Position numbers and translations under genes: made by a program. Positions 40,094 to 51,132 of a stretch of DNA of 64,000 nucleotides are shown in pieces (the stretch's first letter is position 1; every line of letters starts with the position of its first letter). The notes under the pieces were generated by a model that saw only the letters and a list, made by a program, of their open reading frames with translations, was not told the origin of the DNA and did no database searches. Source of the stretch: a virus (taxonomy: Duplodnaviria > Caudoviricetes). The stretch covers positions 53,541-117,540 of IMG/VR virus record IMGVR_UViG_3300020011_000226. The stretch is one strand, 5' to 3'.

Positions 40094-43000
40094 CTACACC
40101 CTCACCCCTTCTCTTTCAGCTTCTAATGCAAGTCCTTTCTCTATCAGTCCTCTATAATCAATATGATGTTCATTAAGCCAATCCAGTAATTTGGAACAAC
40201 TTTCTTCTCCAACAAAGACCGATTCATTTTTATCCCATTTTCTACTATCGGATATTATACCACCGTTGAAAATCTGAAAAAATCCTTCAAATTTATTTTC
40301 AAAATCTTTTTTCTCTTCTTCAGTAATGGAATCTATAGAGCGAAGGTATGGGACGGCACGATACTTTATGATACTATAAATTATACTCTGCGTCAAAGTC
40401 ATAGAGGTTCTACCATCTAATTCAAAATCATTTCCTACCTCTTGATTTTTCATTACTACTCCGTAAGGCAATCTAGCACAAAGATCCCTTAATAGAAGTT
40501 CCTTATCTTCTTGTGTCATAACTTTCTAATATCTTTTTTATTGTTTTTATAATATTCAATTAACCAATCAAGGTAATCAAGTCTTCCTGTAGACCAATCA
40601 CCTACTGGCCACCAATAACAAGATTCGTGATTATTATACGCTCCAAAATCAAAGACTTTTCTTCCACCAAATAATGGAAAATAATACTGAATAAATTCAA
40701 TAGAAGGATAAAGACCAGTCAATGGGCGTAAAGTACAAGCAATAGCATTACATAGACACTTATATCTACTATGATTTTCCCTTACAGCCATAAGTACATC
40801 AACCCTATAAATAGGTCGATGGAAAAGCTTCTTGAGTTTTAATTTTGTTGTTGCTTTCATAACTATTTCCTATACTTTTTATGATAATAACAATCAATCA
40901 TAATAAATGCAATCAAGAGTCCCCAATTAAACACTGGAGAAAAGAGTAAAAACAAGAAAAGCCAATCAGTAAAATCTATTCTATTACCTTTATAATAAGT
41001 CCACACTATAATAATTACAGTAGGCAATAACAATAATATTAACCATAATATTGTCATAACTATTCTTTTTATAGTCTATCAAAATCTTCTATTGTTGGTA
41101 TTTCTGGACGTTTCATTTCATCTACAAAGAAAAGAATTATTCCACAAATAAATGTTACCATTATAATAATAAATGTTTTCATAACTATTTCTTTTTAAAT
41201 ATTACTACTGAATCAACTGGAACATTACCCTCATAGGTAATTTTTAGTTCTGTCTTGCCTTGATATACATCAAGAGCTGTAGGAGTGGTTATAACTGTAT
41301 ATAATAACCACATCGACAATATAAATATGCCGATAAATATACTATTGAGTATTTTTATAGCCTTTTTTCCCATAATCTTATTCTCCTTTCATTTCTTTAC
41401 GATAATATTCTATAATTTCATCAACTTTAACTGTAAATTGCATTCCTGCTTTATCAGTATAAGTCTTAGCAGTACAAATGTTTTCTTTTAGCCACTTACA
41501 AGTTTCTTCAATCACTTCTTCTTTTACAATCTTAGCAACTTCTCTTACGTTATCAGGAGTGAGCCAAGGTTCAAAACCATAAATGTTCGCAGTAAGTGAT
41601 TTTGAGAGGTTACTACCACTCTTTGCATGTTGCTTAATAAATTCTTCTGCTTTGCTCATAGTTGTATTATTTACCCTCTTCTTTAGTACCGTATATTGTG
41701 AAACGAAGCTTATACCTACAGTCTGGGCAAATACACCGTCCACCAAGATTATAAGATTCTCTACTGTTAAAAGGCTTATTGCATTGATGGCAAATTATTC
41801 TATATTTAAGTGGTATTTTTTTATTCATAACTATTTTTTCTTAATATAGTTGTTTTTTAACAACCAAATAACCATTTCATAAGCTGCCTCTATGAGATTA
41901 TCGTAGTATTGTGTAGCATGAGCATACGTGTCAAATTGATAACCATCCCAATGTCTTAATATAGGATATTCTTTTGGATAATCTTTATATTTAATCATAG
42001 GCATAGCATCAATAAGAGCTCCGACAGACCAACAAGGGAGATAATCAAACACACGTTCCTCACCTCTTTCTGCTAAATCATCTTTAATAAAAGGAGACCC
42101 CAGAACAGTACTTCCATCATCCCTATGTAACAAATATTCCATATCAGCAGTATTAGGGTCAAGACCCAACTCTAATAATTTCTTGGACTGTTCTATAGAC
42201 GTATAATATTTCATAATGATTCTCCTTTTAATTCTCTAACTTTAGCTTCAAATAGTGCTCTTACAATAGTTCCCTTTCCCAGTGCTGCTATAAGAGGTTC
42301 AAACTCTTTAAGCATAGCATAAGCACCATCTTCAAAATTTGTTTGTAATCTACATGCTTTAGCGGCATTAATTGCTGCCATTTCTTTTATAGTCATAGTT
42401 ACTCTCCTTTAAGTTGTTGTTCTTTCTGCCACCGAGCACCTGCCTTGAAAGCAATAGCAATATCATCTTCCCAGTCATCACCGCCATTGCCGTTATCATT
42501 TGATGTGTAGTCGGTGGCATACTGCCTTGATACTTCCTCCAAGTTCTCACTTGCAGGCTCTTCGGGAAGAGAATTGATGAATCTTAAAATATCATCTAAT
42601 GCCATATCTTGCCCACATTTAACATCTAATTCATATTGAGCATAGTCTTTGTCATCAGATGGCTTATAGACTTTTTTCAGCCTTGCAATCTCAACTAAAA
42701 TCTTATCTTTAATATTCATAGTTACTCTCCTTTAAGTTGTTTTAAATCATTATAAAGAGATTTCAACAATTTGTTATGAGGATAATATTCTTGTACAAAC
42801 ATACCCAATGCTTCAACTTGTTCTTCACTTGGTTTCCAATGAGACTGAGGACGAAGGGATTTGAGCCAATCAACGCACCTATCTCTGTCAATTTGCACAC
42901 AAAATCCTGCACGTAAAGCACTATCTATAATATCCTTAGATAGTCTGATACATTTCTCATCCTCTTCACTCCATTCAGCAGACTTCTGTTCAAACATTCT

Positions 43001-44760
43001 ACGAAAGCTGTTATCTTGAAGATTCTTTTTAATTTGCTCTTTATCCACAACTTTCTTCAATTCTTTATTATCAGTATCCCATCTTCGTACATATTTTGAA
43101 ATTTTTGGAAGATATGTATTAAGAAAATCAATAATATTAACTCCAGTAGCTTTACCATTTTCTAAAATTTTGTAAGGAAATAATAAACCCTCAGAAACTC
43201 CATCTTTAAGTTCACTTATTTCTTTATAACCTTCCTTACGTTTGGCATTTATTCTACTTTGAAGTTCGTTAACATTCTTCTTAGTGATAGTAATATGCTT
43301 TGTATGAAGATTTCTTCCAACAAGACCATATTGAATATCTATATATTTTATAGGGCCATCAGGAGAATCTTGACTTATAATTTCTTTAGCAGACCATACG
43401 AGAGGTTTGTCATTACTAGACCTTTTATAAAGTGTTATCATAATTCTATTATATTTAAAATAATACTTTTATCATTTTCTGCCTTAAAACATTCAAAAGC
43501 TCCTTTTTTAGAAAAAGATTAATAATACGTATTACCGTATTTATTCGGAGGAATAAAATATACTATTATATATTCATTCATATTCTTTCTAATTTAATTT
43601 CAACTTTAATAGGCTCATCTCTATAACAAAGATTTTTAAATTCAGGAAATTCTTCATCTTTAAGTTCCATGTAATCCTCACTCATCCAAACTTTAAGCCT
43701 ATCATTATTTTCTGGAATATCTCTATGAAACCAAAGAGAACCATCTGCATCTCTAGCTACATATCCAATCATAACTTACTCTTTCTTTAATTTTTTACAT
43801 TCATTATAATAACCAATACTAACTTTAGGATTATCTTCACATTCTTCACAAAGAAAAGAATCGCGAAGAGGAACATTATACTTTTTACATTTCATGATTT
43901 AATCTTTAAAACCTCTGTCATCTATAATATCTAATTCTTTTAATAAAATATTATAAGACTTATCAGATAATTTACTGCCATAAATACCATCTCTTATATC
44001 AGCGTTAGTCCAAATATAATGAGAAGACTTTTCATCACTTATTAAAGCTATATTATGAATAGGAATAATAGTTCCATTTTCACTTCTAATACATTTAATT
44101 TTATCCATGATTTAATCTTTCTTAGGAGGTTTAATTTTAAAAGCTCATCCTCACTCTCTGCAAGTTGTTGAAATACAGCAAGTAGATATGATTTTCCAAT
44201 AGAACTTGCATTAGGATTATTATGCCATTCTTTTGCTCTTTCAAGAGCTTTGTCATAAGCTTTTGCTTTTTGCTCTGTTGTAAGTTCTTTCATAATTGTT
44301 TATTATTTATCTAAGTCGATAACTTTTTTATCCCAATGATATTTTAAGAAATACTCCAAGTGAATAAACCTACCCATAATTATTGGTTCTTCGCTGTAAG
44401 ACCAATCCATAGTCATAAGTGTTTCTCCACTTTCCGTGTCAATGATTGCATATATAAAGCATAATTCGCCATTGTTCATGTCCAACAACTTTTGTAGGTC
44501 TTTGGATTTATATAAAGTCATGCAATGGTTTTTACCATGTGAAGCATCAAAAAGAAACGCTTTTGCTTTTTCTTTATCCATAATCACAACATTTTACGTT
44601 CGTGTAATTTTAGTACCATCTCATAGCAAGCATCAATAGGGTTGCTTGTCTTAAATATTTCAGTACTTAGACTTTCTCTTGCGCCTACATAATACCTATC
44701 AGCATAATACATGATGCCGTACTTTTTATAAGCTTTCTTACGTAGTTTCTTTAATAATTT
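40094..44760 (-). other. AT-rich cluster of small accessory phage genes (e.g. 40094-40519, 40516-40860, 41831-42214, 42399-42719, 42722-43441, 43578-43772, 44303-44587)
   Basis: Densely packed short minus-strand ORFs of types common in Bacteroidota phages; visibly higher AT than the replication block. Confidence 0.7.
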
Positions 44761-44784
44761 TGTTTATTAAAGATGAAATAAAAA

Positions 44785-45438
44785 AGGATGCGGCAGACCT
44801 CTGACCTTATTGGAACTCTTGCAAGGTAGCATTTTACTAAGGCTCAGCATCTTATGCTGGGGTTTTCAACATGCTAAATTCCAATTTTTACGGTTTCTTC
44901 TGTAAGGGCAGATAGTAAGCAGAAATACCACGTCTGGTTATGCTCCAGCCATGCAAGATACATGCGCTGTTTTAACTATTGCCATCTTTGGTCTCACAAG
45001 AAAACAATCTTCAACAACCCAAATTACCAATTGCTGATAAAGTGCTCCGTTTTTCCATTGTATTCACCATTTACTATCTGTGGAACTCTTTGGAATTACC
45101 CACATACCCTCATGGATATAGCACTTAAAATGTTTTCTCTCGGTTAAAAGTCTCTATACCTTATTGTTTCAGTACGACTACTTACTTTTCTCGGAAAATG
45201 GCTCAACATTGAGAATACTCAAAGTCCACGTTCCTACTTAATGTTTTTCTACTATCCTTCTCTTTGTAAGTGAAAGACTTTTTCCCGATTTTAGAAGATT
45301 CACAAGAAGTATCGTCTGGAGGATGTCTTTACATGCATCAATATAGGCTATTTGCCACCTCCTCCGTCCTTTAGCATCTGCAACTCTTCTTGCTTTTTCC
45401 GACACAGGATTTCTGCCTGTGCCATATTACCGCATCCT
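44785..45438 (-). ncRNA. Large ornate structured RNA (~654 nt), ROOL-like candidate
   Basis: No credible ORF. An 11-bp terminal helix AGGAUGCGGUA/UGCCGCAUCCU is followed by a U-run. Many nested helices and two perfect pseudoknot pairings. Confidence 0.75.
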
Positions 45439-45449
45439 ATATGAAAATC

Positions 45450-45460
45450 TTTCAAAGAAC
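45450..45460 (-). promoter_or_regulatory. boxA-like antitermination element (GTTCTTTGAAA)
   Basis: Matches an rRNA-leader-type boxA; 12 nt upstream of the large RNA. Confidence 0.5.
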
Positions 45461-45461
45461 T

Positions 45462-45695
45462 CTATGTACTGAATAGATCAAGGACATCTTGTTGTGTGTA
45501 TTCTCCATCATCAGGATGGTGGAAGCCTTTACTGAAGACTATTTCCTGTTGTACTGGCTGGATGTTTTGGGGTATCTGCTGTATTGCCCTTCCCTCAAAG
45601 AACCCTCTAAGCACTTCAAACAGGTCAGTATGCCAGCTGATGTGATTGTCCTTGATATATTGTACTAACTCTCCATACTCAATCATCTTCATCAC
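45462..45695 (-). CDS. Hypothetical protein
   Basis: 77 aa ORF ending right before the boxA. Confidence 0.6.
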   Translation of the reverse strand: MMKMIEYGELVQYIKDNHISWHTDLFEVLRGFFEGRAIQQIPQNIQPVQQEIVFSKGFHHPDDGEYTQQDVLDLFST

Positions 45696-46114
45696 CTGAT
45701 ATACGGTTAATGATGTATTGCTGTACTCCTACTACAAACAGGAAAATGAGAGCTGTGACTATAAATGCTATTATCATTGCTTTGTATAATATTTGTCATA
45801 ATTATTGTATTTTATCTCTCCCTTACAGAAGAAACAATGAGCAACCAGTTGGGAGTTTGCTGGAGTAGGTGAGGAGAGTGGGTTGATAATACTCTGGCTC
45901 TTGAGCTGTTCTCTCACCAATCTGCGCATAATTGGGTTTAACTTTGCATTAAAAGCTATGAAGCTCCTGCTGTTTCTTTTCAAGTCCTCTTTAATATCAA
46001 GGACTGCTTGCTGTTGTGCTGTCATAATGTCTATTGTTTTTAGGATGAATGATTTCTTGTAATTCCTTGTACACATCTGTATAGTTGATTTCCATACTTT
46101 ACACAGTATATCAC

Positions 46115-47119
46115 TTAGACTTTTTTCTTGTTTGTAGAAGCATAAAAAGGAACAACTCTGCAAGCGTAGAGCTTGCTGTCCTGATAACAGTTCGTTTTTC
46201 CCCCGCACAGGCTACAGTTCCATGAGGTGCTAGAGTTGTACTCAGAGCAAGACCAGTACCAACCTTCAGCATTAATAATGAAACCAAGACCGGTTATCAT
46301 GTGTGCAGCATTGAGATATACTGCATTGTCTAACATAGTCATGTTCTCACCAAGGCTACCAAAGTACCAATTTTCCTTCTTATCCTTGCGATAGTTGATA
46401 CACTTTTCAAAGGCAGCAAGCCTCTCTTTGTCATTACCATCAATCCGCTTCTGATACTGGGCAGTAACCTCTCTACCATTAAACAACTTCATGGCTTTCT
46501 CCTGTGATGTATATTCTCCAATCCTAGAGTCATACTTAATGTTCCAGTTCTCTCTGAACATTTCCAAGGCACAGACAATAGGACTTCCATCTTCATAGAA
46601 TCCACATACTATATCTCTTACTTTGGTCTTGGCAATCTTCTTGGTAGGATGAACAAAGGAATCATCAGTCATTTGGTAATCACCAATACGCACACCATTC
46701 TTTTCAGGAGCATCTTCCAATATCTCCTTAAAGAACTGAATGTCAACTGATTCGTTGCTGCCTCTTTTTTCAGTGATAAGCATCTGCTTAGCAGCTATCT
46801 CAGTACCAAATGGGTTCATCCAGTACTCAGTTCCCGCAGGAATAATAGCTTTAGCACAATAGTTGCCATAGCCACCACCCTCGCTCAGCTTAGCATGGAT
46901 TACTCCGCCTTTTATGATAGATATTTCTCTGTCATAGAGGTCTTTGCCCAAATGACTAATGTGGGGGGTTTTAGGCTGTGCAACCATCAACTCACCCAAT
47001 GTGACAGGTGTTCCCAGACATGGGCTTGAGTATCTTTCACCTTCTTTCCGTAGATACTTCAATACCACAATGTCCCTCTTGGCAACTTGTGGCTTCCTGT
47101 TTATAATGTATAAACACAT
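46115..47119 (-). CDS. Protein with C-terminal C-type-lectin (DUF1566-like) domain
   Basis: WYFGSLGE...WYWSCSEYNSSTSW...RVVPF. Confidence 0.75.
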   Translation of the reverse strand: MCLYIINRKPQVAKRDIVVLKYLRKEGERYSSPCLGTPVTLGELMVAQPKTPHISHLGKDLYDREISIIKGGVIHAKLSEGGGYGNYCAKAIIPAGTEYWMNPFGTEIAAKQMLITEKRGSNESVDIQFFKEILEDAPEKNGVRIGDYQMTDDSFVHPTKKIAKTKVRDIVCGFYEDGSPIVCALEMFRENWNIKYDSRIGEYTSQEKAMKLFNGREVTAQYQKRIDGNDKERLAAFEKCINYRKDKKENWYFGSLGENMTMLDNAVYLNAAHMITGLGFIINAEGWYWSCSEYNSSTSWNCSLCGGKTNCYQDSKLYACRVVPFYASTNKKKV

Positions 47120-47254
47120 AAGCGACTAAAATTATTTGTTTTGTTTAAGAAGTATTTTGATATATCTAAGGGCAATAAAAAGAGAGGAAGAAGAGGCTAT
47201 TATAACCTCAACTCCCCCCTATAACAAACACTTTAAATAACATGAAAATGTTTG

Positions 47255-47329
47255 TGAGCCTGAGGGGACTCCAACCCCTAACCGTGATTTTAGAGGAATC
47301 ATGCTCTAATGCAGTTGAGCTACAGGCCC
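47255..47329 (-). tRNA. tRNA-Arg(TCT), atypical (C33, C19-G56)
   Basis: Acceptor GGGCCTG/CAGGCTC; D arm GCTC/GAGC; anticodon arm TGATT-CCTCTAA-AATCA; T arm AGGGG-TTGGAGT-CCCCT. Confidence 0.8.
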
Positions 47330-47341
47330 TAATGTTTAGTT

Positions 47342-47809
47342 TCATATATATCGTTTATAATTTGCAACAACATTACTATTTATTGCTTGTTGTATTTGTG
47401 GTGTTAATCCATTTGTCTGAATATATCTATATAGTTTACCTCTACATGTATTACAGCAACAAGTACAATGATATTTGGATGGCTTTTGAAGGTGTGTTAA
47501 ATTTGTATATTTAACAAATTCCTTTTTACACCAAGGACATATTAACTTTATTACTTTTCTACTATGTTCAAGACTATGTAATTTTATATGTGCAATTCTA
47601 TTTATTAACTCTAAATTTTCTATAGAATTATTCTTTTTGCTGTGGTCTTTATGATGAACTACTTCTTCATCAGTTAATAATCTGCCTAAATAATTCTCCA
47701 TAACAATTCTATGCATAAGCACATAATGATTTTTTGTTGCCTTTGGGTGCTCTGGTACTACAGCATAGATATAATCTCCTTTACTTACTGTCTTCTGAAT
47801 ATTCCACAT
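47342..47809 (-). CDS. HNH homing endonuclease
   Basis: HRIVME..LGR.L...EVVHHKD..K.NN...NL plus a C-terminal Zn finger; AT-rich; has its own TAATTTTG promoter at 47829-47836. Confidence 0.88.
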   Translation of the reverse strand: MWNIQKTVSKGDYIYAVVPEHPKATKNHYVLMHRIVMENYLGRLLTDEEVVHHKDHSKKNNSIENLELINRIAHIKLHSLEHSRKVIKLICPWCKKEFVKYTNLTHLQKPSKYHCTCCCNTCRGKLYRYIQTNGLTPQIQQAINSNVVANYKRYI

Positions 47810-47904
47810 AATGTTATCCTTTTTATTGCAAAATTAACATACAAAAAGCCCCAAAGCTCATGGATAAAGCACATTGTTACACCTTCTAAAAGGAATTATT
47901 AGAA

Positions 47905-47944
47905 CGGGATTACAGTTGCTCTATCCAATTGAGCTATGGGAGCG
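47905..47944 (-). pseudogene. tRNA 5'-half fragment
   Basis: GCTCCCA-TA-GCTC-AATTGGATA-GAGC-A-ACTGT, with no T arm or 3' acceptor strand. Confidence 0.6.
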
Positions 47945-48131
47945 AAAGTCCCCACACTAGGGGACTGTCGATGATAAAATTAAAAGTAAAAATGAATTTG
48001 ACACACTGCTTCACAGCAGCTATAAAAATGTATTAAGGAAATATCTCTACTATTCAGACGCAAAGGTAACAAGTATCTATGTGGTCTGGAATAATCTTAG
48101 GATTTAACTTAGAACTGATGCTTCCTGCATC

Positions 48132-48635
48132 TCATATGCCTTTCTGGTGGCATTGAATGAGTAAAGCTGCAAGAGCATAGATAGGATACTCATACTCTGC
48201 CATGAGATACTCCTTATTATAATAGTCTTGCCATTTCTCCCAATCAAAATCTGGAGTCTGATGGGCATAGTAGGAACTGTAATAGTGAGGGGGATAAGCA
48301 CCATCTACAATTAAACACAAAGCTCCTGTAAACTGCTTATTATCTTTTGTGACATGGATATAGTCCTTGAGTTTGTTAAACAGCTCTGAGACTGTGTAAG
48401 TAGGACAGCCCCAGTTGTACTCTAAGGCGGGAAGACATCCTGGCATATCTTTTATCCAAGACAATTCCTCTTTGAGTGCTACCTTTATATTATCCCTCGT
48501 CTTAAAAGCACTTCCTATTCTCAAAGAGACTATATAATACTTAGCATCACTCATATCCACTCCTGCATCCAAGAGCTTTTGTACCCATTTCTCATTGAGG
48601 AAGTCTTGCTGGGTTTTATCATTTAGATCTATCAT
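48132..48635 (-). CDS. Hypothetical protein (distantly like 41831-42214)
   Basis: QKLLDAGVD...PTYTVSEL; start taken at MIDLND. Confidence 0.65.
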   Translation of the reverse strand: MIDLNDKTQQDFLNEKWVQKLLDAGVDMSDAKYYIVSLRIGSAFKTRDNIKVALKEELSWIKDMPGCLPALEYNWGCPTYTVSELFNKLKDYIHVTKDNKQFTGALCLIVDGAYPPHYYSSYYAHQTPDFDWEKWQDYYNKEYLMAEYEYPIYALAALLIQCHQKGI

Positions 48636-49051
48636 AAAGCTTCTATCTGTTTCATTAGATTCAGGGTTTCTTCCTTTATCCTTTCGATAGTCCAAAACTC
48701 TCTGGTATCATTAGCATGTAAAGTATCAAAGCCAATCACTCTACATTTGTTGAATGCCTCTAAATCAGGGATATTGGTCAAAGGAATGATTGGCTCATCT
48801 GGAAATTCAGATTTGAGTTTATCAAAGGTAATGCCCCCATGAACATGCACCATGCTGTCAAGAGTACCTTCCTCATCAAATTCTACTCCTCCCTGCCACG
48901 AGTTAGGAAGTTCCTTGTCAAAGGCTACATATGGGTGAAAGAGTACCTTTTCTTTTCCTTCACGCCAATCTTCATCACATGTATAGCCCCTGCGGTCCGA
49001 GTTATAAGTGAAATTGCTCACTATATTTGTAAATCTGATTCTTGCTTTCAT
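48632..49051 (-). CDS. Hypothetical phage protein
   Basis: VHGGITF...IGFDTLHAND motif. Confidence 0.75.
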   Translation of the reverse strand: MKARIRFTNIVSNFTYNSDRRGYTCDEDWREGKEKVLFHPYVAFDKELPNSWQGGVEFDEEGTLDSMVHVHGGITFDKLKSEFPDEPIIPLTNIPDLEAFNKCRVIGFDTLHANDTREFWTIERIKEETLNLMKQIEAL

Positions 49052-49105
49052 ATAGCTTGTTAGTTTAAATGATTACAGCATGATCCAACCTGTCCATAGT
49101 ATTGT

Positions 49106-49441
49106 TTAAAGGGCTACTAAATTTCTGTAGTCAATACCGTCTGGAGTATAGATTTGAGTAAATCCATTGGGATGGTCTCTGGTGGTAGCATCTTCAAACC
49201 AATCATGGTACTTGCCTGATTTAGTCATCTTAAGAGCATCTGCAAATAATATGTCTTCAGTCCAATAGTTTTGAATAACTGTTGCTATATCGTTAAGGGA
49301 AAGGCATCCCCAGTAAGATATTGCACATTCTCCACTAGGATCTACATGAATACTTCTAAGGGAAAGCCCTTTAAGGTTTAAGACATAAGCCGCATTAGCA
49401 AGAAATGGAATTTCAATTTCTGATGAATTTGTCCAATACAT
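49106..49441 (-). CDS. Hypothetical protein
   Basis: 111 aa ORF. Confidence 0.6.
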   Translation of the reverse strand: MYWTNSSEIEIPFLANAAYVLNLKGLSLRSIHVDPSGECAISYWGCLSLNDIATVIQNYWTEDILFADALKMTKSGKYHDWFEDATTRDHPNGFTQIYTPDGIDYRNLVAL

Positions 49442-49703
49442 AGTATTAAAGGGTTAGTGAATTATTTGGGCAAGGGGGTAGAAGGTAGTGGGAGTTAATA
49501 CATATAATTATTATCCTCACCATCCCCACTATTCCCTCCTGTAAACAGTGATATTGCTATACCTGCAAGGGCTATCATAATGACCCAGAAGATGAAAGAT
49601 ATTGTGCTTTGGAAAAAGTCCCACATAATAATATAAATTTGTTGCTCATACCTTTATAAGAAAAAGAAAGGACAATAGGAACTTCTCCTACTGCCCAATC
49701 ATT

Positions 49704-49988
49704 CTAGATGGCTATACGGGTAATATCCTCACTGCCATCCCTATGCAAGGTAAGCACCTTAGCCTTGGAGAGGTCTACAGCATCTCCCACTCCTAAGGTA
49801 GAGTCCTTGGAAAGAGGAATGTAAGACTGTCCTCCAGCTGCCATAAAGAAGCAGACACTGAGGCCATAGTCAGAAGATACAACTTCTGCCCTTGAAACGG
49901 CATTAATCTCCTCTGCGTTCATGTTTCTGGAATCTACTACATTCCATTTACCTCCATACACCTGAAGTCCACTGAAAATGTTACTCAT
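49704..49988 (-). CDS. Early small beta-rich protein, paralog 1 of 3
   Basis: Clear similarity to 51722-52006 and 52242-52523; followed by a terminator. Confidence 0.85.
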   Translation of the reverse strand: MSNIFSGLQVYGGKWNVVDSRNMNAEEINAVSRAEVVSSDYGLSVCFFMAAGGQSYIPLSKDSTLGVGDAVDLSKAKVLTLHRDGSEDITRIAI

Positions 49989-50652
49989 TGTAATTCACCC
50001 ATGCCCTTGGGATTTGTTTTGGTATCTGGCACACCTGGTTTGCTGTTTGATGTTTGTTGTTTAAAGTGGACTGACAAGAAGTTACTGATGAATAGCTTTA
50101 TGTCAGTCAAGTACAAAGGAGGTGTAATTTGTAGGTGTTCCTCTATGTGTCTTGTAAGAAAAAAGAGAGTAGAGGGTAGTATAAGATGTATTCAATTGTA
50201 CTCAATTTTTGTGGAATAGCCAAAACTTTATGGTTAAAAATGATCTAAGCAAAGAATAAAGGACTGATATTTGTTAGGGTGGAATAGGAGAGAGGAGCAT
50301 AAACTATATAGTGTGATGAGGATTAAAAGTGTAATGCTATAGAAGATGAGGATTCTGAGGGTGAAATTTAGCTGTTGTTGAAGAGGGAGGTGGAGGGGTA
50401 TAAGCCGCTCCTTACATCCACATAATCAACTAAATATAAGCAAAAGCAATTAAGACTGTTAAAATTAACATTTGAATTGTTAAAGTGTTAATTAGTAACC
50501 TCCACAACTACAACCCACAACCCTCTTCTATGTGTCTTATTGCTTATATCTTAATTATATAAATAAGAAATACTAAAGGTTATTATTATATATCTTATCC
50601 TGTTATAACTTATTATTAACTTTGCATTGTTAAATATTAAAAGGATAACATT

Positions 50653-50952
50653 ATGAGACAAGAAAAACAAGATTATTGCTACCTGAACATTGAAAAGATG
50701 GTAGAGCTTTCCAGTAAGCTGGAAGGAAGTGAAATTAAAATGTTATTTGCCATCATCTACTGCATTAATAACAGTGATAGTAGCCTATTCCTCAATAATG
50801 CAGAAAGCAGGGCAAAAATTGCTGAAATGGGATTTTCTAAGACTCCTGAGAGATTCAGTGCTATACTTGGATCCTTGGTTAAGAAGGAGGTTATCAGAAG
50901 AGAAATTAATGGAGTTTATAGTATCTCAGAAGACCTGTTTATTGTTCCCTAA
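50653..50952 (+). CDS. Winged-helix / RepL-like small protein
   Basis: LxxLVKKEVIRRExNGVY wing motif; TAACTTTG promoter at 50617-50624. Confidence 0.7.
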   Translation: MRQEKQDYCYLNIEKMVELSSKLEGSEIKMLFAIIYCINNSDSSLFLNNAESRAKIAEMGFSKTPERFSAILGSLVKKEVIRREINGVYSISEDLFIVP

Positions 50953-51011
50953 ATAATATAATATAGGAGAAAAAAGTTAAAATGTTAAATACCAATAAGT
51001 TACAAAAAATC

Positions 51012-51095
51012 ACATCCTCAAATATGAGTAAAACATCCTCAAATATGAGGCAACTTGTATCAAATATGAGGAAAACTTCCTCAAGAAATGAGGAA
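51012..51095. repeat. Four iteron-like repeats with exact 21-bp period (core TCAAATATGAG)
   Basis: Cores start at 51018, 51039, 51060 and 51081; a fifth variant is at 51126. Confidence 0.85.
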
Positions 51096-51132
51096 AAGTT
51101 AATCATTTGATTGAGTAAATTATAATCAAGAT

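Noticed and set aside
44805-44830. Possible DGR template repeat for 46115-46270
   Set aside because: The similarity is only a short gapped match, not ~100 nt with adenine-specific mismatches.
44962-45147. 61-aa plus-strand ORF
   Set aside because: It is antisense to the operon, has no recognisable features, and lies inside the structured RNA.
44785-45438. tmRNA, RNase P or group I/II intron identity for the large RNA
   Set aside because: No tRNA-like ends, no GAGGAAAGUCC, no interrupted host gene and no recognisable intron boundaries by eye; a covariance-model search is still needed.
47255-47329. Reading this tRNA as an amber suppressor (CTCTAAA loop)
   Set aside because: The perfect 5-bp stem TGATT/AATCA frames a CCTCTAA loop, giving anticodon TCT; the CTA reading breaks the stem.
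50069-50110. Hammerhead ribozyme (CTGATGA inside a hairpin)
   Set aside because: No correctly placed GAAA core or three-stem junction; more likely a 5' leader hairpin.
51012-51095. CRISPR array (also considered for 39150-39616 and 54471-54676)
   Set aside because: No constant repeats separated by unique spacers of uniform length, and no cas genes.
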